64,000 nucleotides of DNA from the IMG/VR virus record IMGVR_UViG_3300024264_002047. The stretch is one strand, 5' to 3'. This document shows positions 9,176 through 18,335 of the stretch, piece after piece; the stretch's first letter is position 1; each line of letters begins with the position of its first letter. This DNA is from a virus. The notes beneath the pieces were generated by a model. The model was given only the letters and a program-made list of their open reading frames with translations. It was not told where the DNA came from and did no database searches. Both the position numbers and the translations under genes were made by a program.

Positions 9176-9184
9176 CTAAAAGAT

Positions 9185-9901
9185 TTACCTATTTGTAAAG
9201 TAAACCATAAACTCAGCAGGAAGGTAATCGAAAGATTCTTGTTTGATTGCTTCGTCATCCCATATTGCTTCTGCCAAGAACGCATGTTGATATTGGACCT
9301 TTCCTTTATCTTGATAGAATTTAAGGAAATCATCTCTGAATCGTTTGAAGTCAGCAGGACCTGAAGTTGAATGTCGTCTATGTACTTCGAGAGCAATATG
9401 ACCTACATTGTTATAGATCCAATCTAGGTTTTCTTTTGTAAAGATATCGTATTCTCCACCTTCACAATCCACCTTTAAATAGTCAATCTTTTCTATTTCG
9501 TAAAAGTCAATAAACTCTCTAAAGGTTAAAGGAACGAATTCACCAGCAGCTGCAGAATTATAAACATGCTTAACATTATGTTCGTTATTCATAATTGCGG
9601 CATGACATGGAACAACCATTCTTTCTTTTGCATTAATCGTATACTTGTCTGTATTACGCATTGCTGTTTCTAACAATTCACGATTAGGTTCAATCATGTA
9701 TACTTTACTTGCACCAGAGTCGAGAGCAAGACAACTGAACATACCTACGCAAGTACCAACATCAACTACAACGTCTCCTGGTTTAGGTTGGTCCCACCAT
9801 TCGTAATCTTTGTTAAAAAAGAATTCTCTTCGCATGTTAGAGATATGGTCAATGTCTAATGTTCCCATATCCATGTTTATATTGAGTGTGTTATGATTCA
9901 T
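9185..9901 (-). CDS. FkbM-family SAM-dependent methyltransferase
   Basis: VVVDVGTCVGMFS, YMIEPN, IDYLKVDCEGGEY. Confidence 0.85.
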   Translation of the reverse strand: MNHNTLNINMDMGTLDIDHISNMRREFFFNKDYEWWDQPKPGDVVVDVGTCVGMFSCLALDSGASKVYMIEPNRELLETAMRNTDKYTINAKERMVVPCHAAIMNNEHNVKHVYNSAAAGEFVPLTFREFIDFYEIEKIDYLKVDCEGGEYDIFTKENLDWIYNNVGHIALEVHRRHSTSGPADFKRFRDDFLKFYQDKGKVQYQHAFLAEAIWDDEAIKQESFDYLPAEFMVYFTNR

Positions 9902-9916
9902 AATGTAATCCTGTTA

Positions 9917-10267
9917 TTAATGTATTAGTTGACTTCCTTCCGCAACTAACCCATCTATCATGTCAAATGTTTGGTCTTCAAAACCTGACTTAATCAGATC
10001 AACGACCGTTGGAAATTCTGTATCGGTTTCTACTTCACCGATGTTAAGGTTCTTTTGTTTTCTTGGTGGAAACATATCGTTTATATAATGGGAAGCAGCA
10101 CGCTCAGTTTTAAACGATGAACAGTTAGTTAAGCCAAAAGGATTGTTGGCTGCAAAGCACGCATAGATTCTTCCATCGTCTTCCATTCCAAGATCATATC
10201 CATTATAGGTTCCTAAGAACACACCCATGTTATCGTCAAATACTATGTACCGTCTTTTCTTTTTCAT
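9917..10267 (-). CDS. hypothetical protein (start revised to MKKKRRY)
   Basis: AAGAG RBS before ATG at 10267. Confidence 0.6.
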   Translation of the reverse strand: MKKKRRYIVFDDNMGVFLGTYNGYDLGMEDDGRIYACFAANNPFGLTNCSSFKTERAASHYINDMFPPRKQKNLNIGEVETDTEFPTVVDLIKSGFEDQTFDMIDGLVAEGSQLIH

Positions 10268-10931
10268 AGAGCTCTTTATATGTATTTCGTACAGCTGCAA
10301 AGTGATCAATATATTGTGTCGTATCAAACTCAAAGACTTGAGGTTCGTTTCCATCAACACCAATAAAGACCACACCCTTTTTCACTTTATGACCAGTCAT
10401 TTCTTCAAATGCTTTTGCGTAGAAAGAAACCTGCATATAATAATTCAGAATCCATTCTTCTTTCTTTGGTCTCTTTGATGTTTTAAAATCAACGACCGCA
10501 AGTTCTCCATCCCATTCAGCAATACAGTCAACTTGACCTGCAGTTTCTAATTCATTGGAATATAAGAAACACTCCTGGTACCAAATATTATTTATTCGTT
10601 CATCAAGAATGGGTTTCATTGTATTAAACATATGAAGATTAGCAGGCATATGCTTCTTGCCGTAATCTGGATCGTTATCCAAATAGTCTTCACAAAGTTT
10701 ATGAACTGCGGTACCACGTCGAGCGGCTTGAGTAGAGATTTTGTTTGCTTCTGCATGGCCAACGCGATCACGCCATTTCTGTATATCTTCTTTTCCAAGA
10801 ATACCTAATACAGTAGTGACTGACGGATAACCTTTGCCTGATGGAGTTTGGTAAATACGTTTACCATCCACTGAAGCTCTTGTTAGTTTTTCGAGGACAG
10901 GTGCCTCTGAGTTGTGTTCAAATAGTTTCAT
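10236..10931 (-). CDS. PD-(D/E)XK exonuclease (Cas4-like fold, T4-like phage type)
   Basis: YPSVTTVL, RGTAVH, AGQVDCI, VVDFKTS, QVSFYA. Confidence 0.85.
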   Translation of the reverse strand: MKLFEHNSEAPVLEKLTRASVDGKRIYQTPSGKGYPSVTTVLGILGKEDIQKWRDRVGHAEANKISTQAARRGTAVHKLCEDYLDNDPDYGKKHMPANLHMFNTMKPILDERINNIWYQECFLYSNELETAGQVDCIAEWDGELAVVDFKTSKRPKKEEWILNYYMQVSFYAKAFEEMTGHKVKKGVVFIGVDGNEPQVFEFDTTQYIDHFAAVRNTYKELYEKEKTVHSI

Positions 10932-10950
10932 AATATATTTCCTAGAAATG

Positions 10951-10971
10951 AAAGGGGACCCGAAGATCCCC
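10951..10971 (-). terminator. intrinsic terminator
   Basis: GGGGATC-TTCG-GGTCCCC-TTT (cUUCGg loop); near-identical copy at 53633. Confidence 0.85.
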
Positions 10972-10979
10972 CTTCGAGT

Positions 10980-11735
10980 TTAAGCCACCAGTGACGGCCT
11001 TATTTCTGCTCTCTCCTTTGCTATAATGTATTCTTTTACTAAACCACTTCTAACAATGTCTTCAATTCCAAATTGAATTACTTTGAAAGAATGATCCATG
11101 CGTTGGATTACTTTAAGAAAATCGCGTAGTCCTGATGTATCGTGTTTGTGTCTAGTTCCGGCAAGATCATCTTGTGCTGTATCACCGCAGAATATAATTT
11201 TTGACGAATCTCCGACTCGTGTAATAATACTATCGAGTTCGTGATAAGTCATACTTTGACATTCATCTACAATTATGATAGAGTTATCAAATGTTAATCC
11301 TCTAACAAACGATGATGTCATAAACTTAACTGAGCATTTTTGTTTGAGTATTTCCCAAGCATCTCCTCTGCCAAATAAGTTATTAGTAATATCCGCGTAG
11401 GGTACCGCGTAGACGGCTTCTTTTTGAGCCTGAGTGCCTGGCATAAAACCTTGCTCTCTTGTCTGTACTGCTGAACGAACGATTATTACTTGGTCATAAT
11501 TATCATCATCTAAAATATCACAAAGACCAAGATATAATCCGCACATTGTTTTGCCTGTGCCTGCTGTTCCAATTGCAGCAATATTATACCCAGCGTTATA
11601 ACTGTCGAAAAATTCCTCTTGAGTCGGAGTCAGTGGCGAAATATGATTCATGGAAAATTTACTATCCATGCGTTTTCCATCTTTCTGCTTAATCTTCCTT
11701 TTCTCCTTCGGTGATAAACGACGTTGTCTTGACAT
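10980..11735 (-). CDS. phoH: PhoH-family ATPase
   Basis: GTAGTGKT, GFMPG, FVRGLTF, IVDECQ, GDTAQDD, IVRSGLV. Confidence 0.95.
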   Translation of the reverse strand: MSRQRRLSPKEKRKIKQKDGKRMDSKFSMNHISPLTPTQEEFFDSYNAGYNIAAIGTAGTGKTMCGLYLGLCDILDDDNYDQVIIVRSAVQTREQGFMPGTQAQKEAVYAVPYADITNNLFGRGDAWEILKQKCSVKFMTSSFVRGLTFDNSIIIVDECQSMTYHELDSIITRVGDSSKIIFCGDTAQDDLAGTRHKHDTSGLRDFLKVIQRMDHSFKVIQFGIEDIVRSGLVKEYIIAKERAEIRPSLVA

Positions 11736-11774
11736 AAAACCTCCTTTGCATTAACAAGGAAGCGATCTGAAAGA

Positions 11775-12020
11775 TTACTTCCAATCGTTAATTTTGTTTC
11801 CAGTGTATGATTTGTTTTGTTTCATTGATGTAAGTATATCACGAAAGCCTTGATCCGGTTTCATCCGTCCAAGACGCGCAGCCTCAATCACAGGTTGGCC
11901 ACTAGTAATTATAGATTTTAAATGTGGGTTGTCTTTTTTGAACTGGTCGATAGCAGACATCGACATGAACTTGTCGAATTGCTCACCAGTGTTTGTATCT
12001 TCAAAGGTATATGTAGGCAT
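11775..12020 (-). CDS. FmdB-like small protein of T4-like phages
   Basis: MPTYTFED...GEQFDKFMSM; late promoter at 12049-12056. Confidence 0.6.
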   Translation of the reverse strand: MPTYTFEDTNTGEQFDKFMSMSAIDQFKKDNPHLKSIITSGQPVIEAARLGRMKPDQGFRDILTSMKQNKSYTGNKINDWK

Positions 12021-12048
12021 CAGCTTCCAATCTTATATTCCATGGTTT

Positions 12049-12056
12049 TATTTATA
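12049..12056 (-). promoter_or_regulatory. T4-type late promoter
   Basis: TATAAATA. Confidence 0.75.
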
Positions 12057-12633
12057 CGATTGACTCGTAGATTTCTTTCCAATTTTTAACTTTTACCAAA
12101 TTATTATTTTGATAATCTTTATTAAAGTCATGTTCAATCAGAATAGATCTAAGTCCCATATCGAGTCCGCATTCAGCATTAGAAGGTTTATCTTCAACCC
12201 AAATACATCCGCTATCTTTATAAGGTAATAGACCGTCGTCCTTATCGGCTCCACAATCCAAACATACCACTCTCTCAAATACATCTTTACCGAATAATCT
12301 TTCGAGATTCTGTTCTCTTAGTTTACCGGCATAGTAATCAGTACTGAGACTAGTAATACAATGAAAAACATAACCTTCACTATGGAGTTTCTTGACATAT
12401 TTAATCGCGTCTCTTAGACCAGGAAGGAATCCAATCCTAGCTGATTCGTTGAATTGTCTTACAAGTTGTCTTGATTGTTCCTTTGTAATACCAAAGGTTT
12501 GTGCTACGTCGTACTGACCTTCTTCAATAACGGTATATCCGTTTTCATTCATATACTTATAGAATGCATACTTCCAATCAAGTAGTACACCGTCACAATC
12601 TACAAGGATCAATTTATCTGCTCTGTGATCCAT
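12052..12633 (-). CDS. HAD-family 5'(3')-nucleotidase-like phosphatase
   Basis: LVDCDGVLLDW, CITS, WVEDKPSN. Confidence 0.85.
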   Translation of the reverse strand: MDHRADKLILVDCDGVLLDWKYAFYKYMNENGYTVIEEGQYDVAQTFGITKEQSRQLVRQFNESARIGFLPGLRDAIKYVKKLHSEGYVFHCITSLSTDYYAGKLREQNLERLFGKDVFERVVCLDCGADKDDGLLPYKDSGCIWVEDKPSNAECGLDMGLRSILIEHDFNKDYQNNNLVKVKNWKEIYESIV

Positions 12634-12662
12634 ATTTGCTCCATTAATTAATTTATACAGAT

Positions 12663-12691
12663 ATTATAACAAAGAATGTACTAATTGTCAA
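12663..12691 (-). promoter_or_regulatory. sigma70-type early promoter
   Basis: TTGACA-17-TATAAT plus conserved leader. Confidence 0.9.
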
Positions 12692-12696
12692 TGGTT

Positions 12697-12843
12697 TTAT
12701 GATAAAAAGTTCTTCTTTTCTGATAATTTACGCTTTCGAACTTCTGCTCGATGTGCTTTCTTCTGCTTTTCACGTTTACGATCTTCGATCTTAATGTTTG
12801 TCCAATCGTCGGAAGAGGCGGTCTGTTTAGTCCGCTTAGCCAT
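12697..12843 (-). CDS. 48 aa basic hypothetical protein (not in ORF track)
   Basis: MAKRTKQTASSDDWTNIKIEDRKREKQKKAHRAEVRKRKLSEKKNFLS; AGGA RBS. Confidence 0.55.
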   Translation of the reverse strand: MAKRTKQTASSDDWTNIKIEDRKREKQKKAHRAEVRKRKLSEKKNFLS

Positions 12844-12854
12844 GTGGTCCTACC

Positions 12855-13292
12855 TTATTTGAAGTTGAGTGGGTCGGTAAATAGAGTTGGAAACGCTGCT
12901 TCGAGAGTTTTCTTAGTTAATCCTTTGATAGGAGTATGGCTAATCATATTCTCTGCGAGGATCTTAGCATCGTTAGGATGTAAGTCTTCAAGCAACTGTA
13001 TGAACAATGCTTCCCTTCTATTTTTATTGAGGTTGTCATACCCACCACCTAAAAAGAATATTCGCAAACGTCTTGCTTCTCTATATAACATAGTATCAAG
13101 GTCAACGAGTTCGTTATCTTTAAATGGAGGTGGAGTATCTGGTAATAAGAATTCAACATTCTCATCATATATTAAACGCAGTACTTGTCTTAATGGTACG
13201 GCATCATGTTTCTGTAAGTTCTCGACTTTTGCTTTAACACTTTTACATGCAGCAGTATCTGATATCACTTTTGATATTGAGGTTCTAATCAT
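12855..13292 (-). CDS. conserved-type T4-like hypothetical protein
   Basis: FLLPDTPPPF...REALFIQLLEDLHPNDAKIL, next to RNase H. Confidence 0.7.
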   Translation of the reverse strand: MIRTSISKVISDTAACKSVKAKVENLQKHDAVPLRQVLRLIYDENVEFLLPDTPPPFKDNELVDLDTMLYREARRLRIFFLGGGYDNLNKNRREALFIQLLEDLHPNDAKILAENMISHTPIKGLTKKTLEAAFPTLFTDPLNFK

Positions 13293-13294
13293 AA

Positions 13295-14152
13295 TTAAAA
13301 ATCCTGTAAATCACCAATGAGGTTCTTTAGCTTTTGTTTTACGAAGTAATTAAACAGATGAGATCTGCCAACTTCTTCTTGGTTATTATAGTTCTCAAGT
13401 ATACTGTCTTGGTATTCCTGAGGTATCATTGTTAGGTCAATCATTTGTTTGTTACGATTATACCTTAGTTTTGTTTCTTCATCCATTTCTTCAGGATGCG
13501 CAGAGAATAGTTCAATACGCTTCTTAGTCATTGGCTTTTGTCTTTCACCAACGGCAAGACAGTTATCTGCTGATAGAATGTTTGGAACTCCATCACCAGT
13601 ATCACCACGAAGAATATGTTCGGTAATATACTGAGTAGGATTAGCATGTCTTACCCATTTCTTTAGAACGGGATTATACTGATCTACGTTTGCATATTGT
13701 TGTAACTGAATGAAGTCCTTATCACCAGATAGAACAAGAATCTTTTCAGATCCATTATTCAGTTCAGTGCCATGTTCCATACATAGAGTTGCGATAATGT
13801 CATCGGCTTCAACGCGATCAACATATACTACCTTATATGGAAAGAACTCTTCGAGCTCTCTACGAATTTGATGAATAGCATCAAAGCACGCATTCCAATC
13901 CATGTCTGATTGATCACGATTCTTTTTACGATTTGCTTTGTAGTATGGATAGTAATCTTTTCTCCATACATTTGTGCTATCAGCGCAGATTACGATTTCA
14001 CCGTACTCTCCTGAGAACTTCTTTCGATTAAAACGAATTGAATTGAGAAACATGTGACGAAGGAGATTCTCATCAACTTCCATGTTTGTGTGATTACCAA
14101 TACCTGCGAACAAAGACGCGAGCATTACTTGGTTATAGTCAACTAATATCAT
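13295..14152 (-). CDS. rnh: T4-type RNase H (5'-3' exonuclease)
   Basis: ILVDYNQ, WRKDYYPYYKANRK, EADDIIA, SGDKDFIQL, GDTGDGVPNI. Confidence 0.95.
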   Translation of the reverse strand: MILVDYNQVMLASLFAGIGNHTNMEVDENLLRHMFLNSIRFNRKKFSGEYGEIVICADSTNVWRKDYYPYYKANRKKNRDQSDMDWNACFDAIHQIRRELEEFFPYKVVYVDRVEADDIIATLCMEHGTELNNGSEKILVLSGDKDFIQLQQYANVDQYNPVLKKWVRHANPTQYITEHILRGDTGDGVPNILSADNCLAVGERQKPMTKKRIELFSAHPEEMDEETKLRYNRNKQMIDLTMIPQEYQDSILENYNNQEEVGRSHLFNYFVKQKLKNLIGDLQDF

Positions 14153-14183
14153 AATTTATCCATTATTTAAATTTACAAGTACA

Positions 14184-14212
14184 ATTATATCACAGATCTT
14201 CGTCAATGTCAA
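14184..14212 (-). promoter_or_regulatory. sigma70-type promoter
   Basis: TTGACA-17-TATAAT. Confidence 0.85.
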
Positions 14213-14576
14213 TAGTTTCTTCTAAATTCTTTTTCAATCCACCGGATAGCTGATCTGCGTTAGAATCCATAACAACAACATTCTGCGTAGCAAATGGTTG
14301 GAGTTGATGTTCTTCTCCCATTGTTTGTAGATGTAACGAACGAATGGCTTCAAAGATCAGTATCATACTTGGGAAGTATCTTTCAAAGTCTTCATCAAAT
14401 TCACAACCTGCTCTTGCCATTTCTCCCAGTACGTTTTCCCATATAATTTCTGCAAGTTCAGTTGAATACGATTCTTTATATTCGCGAATTCTTTCTGATA
14501 CGCTTTCCTCGTTAATTGGCGGATTAGAGTGTATCTTTGGAAAATGTATAAGGTTATCTTTATTCTTGGTAGGCAT
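14190..14576 (-). CDS. hypothetical protein
   Basis: ORF in operon. Confidence 0.6.
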   Translation of the reverse strand: MPTKNKDNLIHFPKIHSNPPINEESVSERIREYKESYSTELAEIIWENVLGEMARAGCEFDEDFERYFPSMILIFEAIRSLHLQTMGEEHQLQPFATQNVVVMDSNADQLSGGLKKNLEETIDIDEDL

Positions 14577-15522
14577 CTCCGATGTTCCTTAGTAGAGTGT
14601 TCCACATTGTGGCAAATGAGGCAATAGAATTTCTTGCCAAGTTGAATCTATCAGAGAAGGTAAATCCATGAAAGTAGTTAGGATCGTTCTTCATCTGAGT
14701 TAAAATTTGTTTTGTAACTGAGAAGGCATAATTAGCGTGATTATTCATATCTTCACTCCAATCATACATAATCGTTGCGTTTGCACCGGTCTCTGGTAAA
14801 GCACCATAGTTTGGGTGAATACAAATCATTTGAGATTTGATTGCTTCAAGTAACGCAATACAAGATGTTTCTTTCCATATATTTGGATATAGGAATATAT
14901 GAGACTTATCTAACGCTTCAAGAACTTCGTCGTTTGATTTAACTCCATGATAAGTCATATTAGGATGTTCTTCGATTTGCGCAAAGAGTGGCTTATATGC
15001 TTCGTTACGTTCTCCCCATCCGTATATTTCAAATCCTGAATAAACATCAAGATGAATATTATCAAACTCTTTTGCTAAGGAAGCAAAAATTGGTACAAGT
15101 AGTTCTAAACCACGATGTGGTGTTGTATGATATACGAAACGAATTGTTTCCATATCCTTTTCTTTTGGATCATACTTAACTTCAACTGCGTTATGAATTA
15201 CTGAACACATACTATATGGAATACCGTATCTCATAATGTATTGATCTCTTTGCCATGCTGTCACAAAAACAATATGAGTAAACTTTTGCCAACCGCTATC
15301 TTTGAGAATTTGATTCTCAGGATCTTCTGATAGGTCATGACACCAAAGGATATTTGGAACATCTTCATATAGTTCTCTGACACGACCAACATGTACTGCC
15401 ACCTTACTTAATACACCTGCGCCGACACCGTCTATTAAACGTTGCCTCATCATTTCAGTTCCGCCGCTTGAATTCTTAGACAGATCTGTCTCGATTACTT
15501 CACCCTTATAAATTACACTCAT
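14560..15522 (-). CDS. GT-B glycosyltransferase (GT4-like)
   Basis: GGTEMM, YHTTPHRGL, FLYPNIWKETSCIALLEA (E-x7-E). Confidence 0.85.
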   Translation of the reverse strand: MSVIYKGEVIETDLSKNSSGGTEMMRQRLIDGVGAGVLSKVAVHVGRVRELYEDVPNILWCHDLSEDPENQILKDSGWQKFTHIVFVTAWQRDQYIMRYGIPYSMCSVIHNAVEVKYDPKEKDMETIRFVYHTTPHRGLELLVPIFASLAKEFDNIHLDVYSGFEIYGWGERNEAYKPLFAQIEEHPNMTYHGVKSNDEVLEALDKSHIFLYPNIWKETSCIALLEAIKSQMICIHPNYGALPETGANATIMYDWSEDMNNHANYAFSVTKQILTQMKNDPNYFHGFTFSDRFNLARNSIASFATMWNTLLRNIGDAYQE

Positions 15523-16331
15523 TCTAATACTCCATAAATTTTGTCTGCTTCACGTTCATTCTCAAATACTTCATCAAGGGAAAGGTGAATTCCTTTGCTC
15601 TCCCACCATAGGTCGATGAACTCGTACGAATAAACAGCTGCCTTTGCTTGTTCGTTATAAAAATATATATTCTTAGATCTAAAGTCCGTTATGTTGTGGT
15701 TAAACAACGGAAAGGAAATAACCAACCCAAACCCATGTAATATATTGTTCTCTGTTGTTACAGGAGATCCTAAAGGCATACGATAATGTATCTTATCCTC
15801 AAAATCTCCAAAGTAATATTCTACTAATTTTTCTGCATACCATCTTTTAATTGCATATGCTTGTAAACCATGATCCCACATTTCTCTTTTCTTAGGAACA
15901 AATGGTATATACTCATTCTTGTAATCGTATGGATACTCAAAGACATTACACATCTGTAACGCTCCCCATTCCCACTGATTACACTTATCAATATATTCTC
16001 TTAATGTAAAGTTCCAATATTGAAGTGGTTCATAATCAAGGTCGTCTTCAAAGAACAAACCATACTCTTCGTCGGTATTCTCTAACCACCATTTAATAGT
16101 TAATAAGTGAGATGATGTAACACCTTTTGTCGTGGCGTTTACAACCTCAGGATCACCTACGAAAGGAATACTTTTGCCTTCCTCATAACGATCGTATTGA
16201 TGGACTTTTATATCGTCAAGACCATGACGTGAAAATTCTGACTCTGTCCAAGACCTACGATCCTTACACTCAGTAAGGTTTATTATATTAGGCTTCGGAA
16301 GATTCTTTAATTTGTCCGTTAGTGCTATCAT
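15519..16331 (-). CDS. GT25-like glycosyltransferase
   Basis: IINLTECKDRR, SSHLLTIK, LFFEDD, GLQAYAI; start revised. Confidence 0.7.
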   Translation of the reverse strand: MIALTDKLKNLPKPNIINLTECKDRRSWTESEFSRHGLDDIKVHQYDRYEEGKSIPFVGDPEVVNATTKGVTSSHLLTIKWWLENTDEEYGLFFEDDLDYEPLQYWNFTLREYIDKCNQWEWGALQMCNVFEYPYDYKNEYIPFVPKKREMWDHGLQAYAIKRWYAEKLVEYYFGDFEDKIHYRMPLGSPVTTENNILHGFGLVISFPLFNHNITDFRSKNIYFYNEQAKAAVYSYEFIDLWWESKGIHLSLDEVFENEREADKIYGVLE

Positions 16332-16944
16332 CAAAAATCTCATTATGAATAGTATATAGTGCATCACGTAAATTATGTAATGAACCATTGTTATGTAAGC
16401 GGTATGTTTTTATATCCATTTCTTCTTTTAGGACATACATTCTATCTATTGATGTTTTATGATTAATCGTTGTCTCTGAAATAACATGACCATTAAAGTA
16501 TTTACGCGAATCAGTTGAGTAGTCACAACCTTCTCTTGTTAATTGAACGATAACAATATTCTCTGCACCGACCTTTTCAATAATAGGTTCAAGTTCTTCA
16601 ACAAATCCACCATCCGCTAACGCATAGTTCTTGCCTTCTTCTATTTCTTCGGCAACTGATTTACCAAAATAATCTAAACCTTTCTTTGGCTTGATGATAT
16701 CTTCAGAAACATGAATCATTGCTTCGCGTCTTGACATACCTTGTAAAGCAAACTCTGCCTTTTCTTTTTGAGCTCTATCGTTATAGCCTTCCATGAACCA
16801 TCTTTCATCAACATCAAAGTGTTTAATTGTTTCTTTAAATAATTGATACTTAAAAGACAGATTGCCAAATCCATAGTTCTCTTTGAATAAGCTTGCTGCT
16901 TCATCTTTGCCTGAGGCTGGGGGTCCGTTAAATATTACTATCAT
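16288..16944 (-). CDS. deoxynucleoside monophosphate kinase (T4 gp1-like)
   Basis: FNGPPASGKD P-loop, SFKYQL, SRREAMIHVSE. Confidence 0.75.
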   Translation of the reverse strand: MIVIFNGPPASGKDEAASLFKENYGFGNLSFKYQLFKETIKHFDVDERWFMEGYNDRAQKEKAEFALQGMSRREAMIHVSEDIIKPKKGLDYFGKSVAEEIEEGKNYALADGGFVEELEPIIEKVGAENIVIVQLTREGCDYSTDSRKYFNGHVISETTINHKTSIDRMYVLKEEMDIKTYRLHNNGSLHNLRDALYTIHNEIFDDSTNGQIKESSEA

Positions 16945-17509
16945 CTTTCTTCTCTGTAAGTTGAGTGAAACCGTATTTACAAATATAGTAGGCATCTACA
17001 ATATCAGTAATAGGATTCCACGATTTGTTTATTATACCACATTTTTCGCGAATGTCAATAGAAGTTTCTTTCTCAAAGGCTTCGATCATTAAATCTTTAC
17101 CAGCATTACCTTTTCCGCAACCAAACTTTTTAATCATTGTTGGTGGATATACATCGTATGGTATATCTCTTTCCCATAGCTTATGTTTAAATAAACCACA
17201 GTTCTCTGCTATTTGAAATACTCTACCGACCGCTCCAAATGCGTATCCTTCAATTCCAACAAAGTCACATTCAAAACATTTTTCCTGAGACCAAGATCCA
17301 ATGATATCATATCGTTCTTGATCGTTAAACCAATTGTCAGGATACATCGTTGCTTGATATTGTCCTTTCTCTCCAATCAGTAACTTCTTTTGTTTTACAT
17401 AATAGTAAAAAGTACAATTGTCGTAACTCCATTCTTCACCTTCATGTACACAAATAGCCGGACTACTTAAACTGTAGTCAACACCTGCCACCTTCATAAC
17501 TAACTCCAT
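16928..17509 (-). CDS. RuvC-like resolvase/endonuclease
   Basis: AGVDYSLSSPA, IEGYAFG, IKKFGCGKGNAGK, DIVDAYY. Confidence 0.8.
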   Translation of the reverse strand: MELVMKVAGVDYSLSSPAICVHEGEEWSYDNCTFYYYVKQKKLLIGEKGQYQATMYPDNWFNDQERYDIIGSWSQEKCFECDFVGIEGYAFGAVGRVFQIAENCGLFKHKLWERDIPYDVYPPTMIKKFGCGKGNAGKDLMIEAFEKETSIDIREKCGIINKSWNPITDIVDAYYICKYGFTQLTEKKDDSNI

Positions 17510-17535
17510 AACTAATATATTATGGTATTATTTAT

Positions 17536-18060
17536 TCAGTCTTGACGGTAGAAGATATGAGATCCTATAGTTCCTACTTGTTGTAAGGATGGAGCCCAAT
17601 ATGGATTTACGAACGTTGTATGATAATGAGTAGCACCTTCAGTGAGTCCACGAAACTTGCCAACGTGTAACATTCTATAAGAAACATATACTGCTTCTTC
17701 CCATGCATCTACTTCAGTTGCTTCATCGGTCCTTCCGTCACAATACCAACTGAACTGACAACGATTTCGTTTAGGTACAAGTACTTTAGGATCTTTCCAA
17801 GAAGGTTTATGCTCAGCCTGATATACAACTGAACAGACAGTACTTGGGTATCTATCGTCACGTACACGATTCAGAACAACATCTGCAACTGCATATTTAC
17901 CTGCTAGGTTCTCTGACCTTGCTTCATGATAGATATTCATTGCTAAACAATGTAGGTCTTCTGATTGGTATTCTATTGATAAATCTACTTGATCATCAAA
18001 CGTACTTGCCGAAGAAGGTAGAGTCAACGCTGCTACCACTAACGCTAAAGCAACTCTCAT
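17536..18060 (-). CDS. cell wall hydrolase, SleB/CwlJ (Hydrolase_2) family
   Basis: Signal peptide; CLAMNIYHEARSE, VLNRV, CQFSW, ATHYH, IGSHIFY. Confidence 0.9.
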   Translation of the reverse strand: MRVALALVVAALTLPSSASTFDDQVDLSIEYQSEDLHCLAMNIYHEARSENLAGKYAVADVVLNRVRDDRYPSTVCSVVYQAEHKPSWKDPKVLVPKRNRCQFSWYCDGRTDEATEVDAWEEAVYVSYRMLHVGKFRGLTEGATHYHTTFVNPYWAPSLQQVGTIGSHIFYRQD

Positions 18061-18335
18061 GCTTGTCTCGTGACACAATATGCATTAAGCAATTCTTCGT
18101 CGGACATTTTCTTTCCGAACGTATGAATAAGTTTACCATTCTGAAAACGTTCGATATAACCAGCATTGTATTCAATGTCAGTTACACTCTTAGTCATATT
18201 AGCAGTATCGTCAGGACGATCATCGTAGTGCATAGAATCCATAGAATGTGAATGGATGCAAGCAGCACCACGAGACCATTCAAGCGCCTGTTCCATTATG
18301 GCAAAATCTTCAACCATCTTAGTATATTGTGTCAT
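18057..18335 (-). CDS. hypothetical protein
   Basis: ORF in operon. Confidence 0.55.
   Translation of the reverse strand: MTQYTKMVEDFAIMEQALEWSRGAACIHSHSMDSMHYDDRPDDTANMTKSVTDIEYNAGYIERFQNGKLIHTFGKKMSDEELLNAYCVTRQA

Noticed and set aside
10236-10931. Cas4-like nuclease as a sign of a CRISPR system
   Set aside because: No repeat-spacer array or other cas genes seen; this exonuclease type is common next to phoH in T4-like phages
15519-16995. Long N-terminal extensions given by the ORF track (also 9917, 37044, 50848, 55915, 59295, 63521)
   Set aside because: They overlap upstream genes or promoters; downstream ATGs fit family N-termini and RBS better
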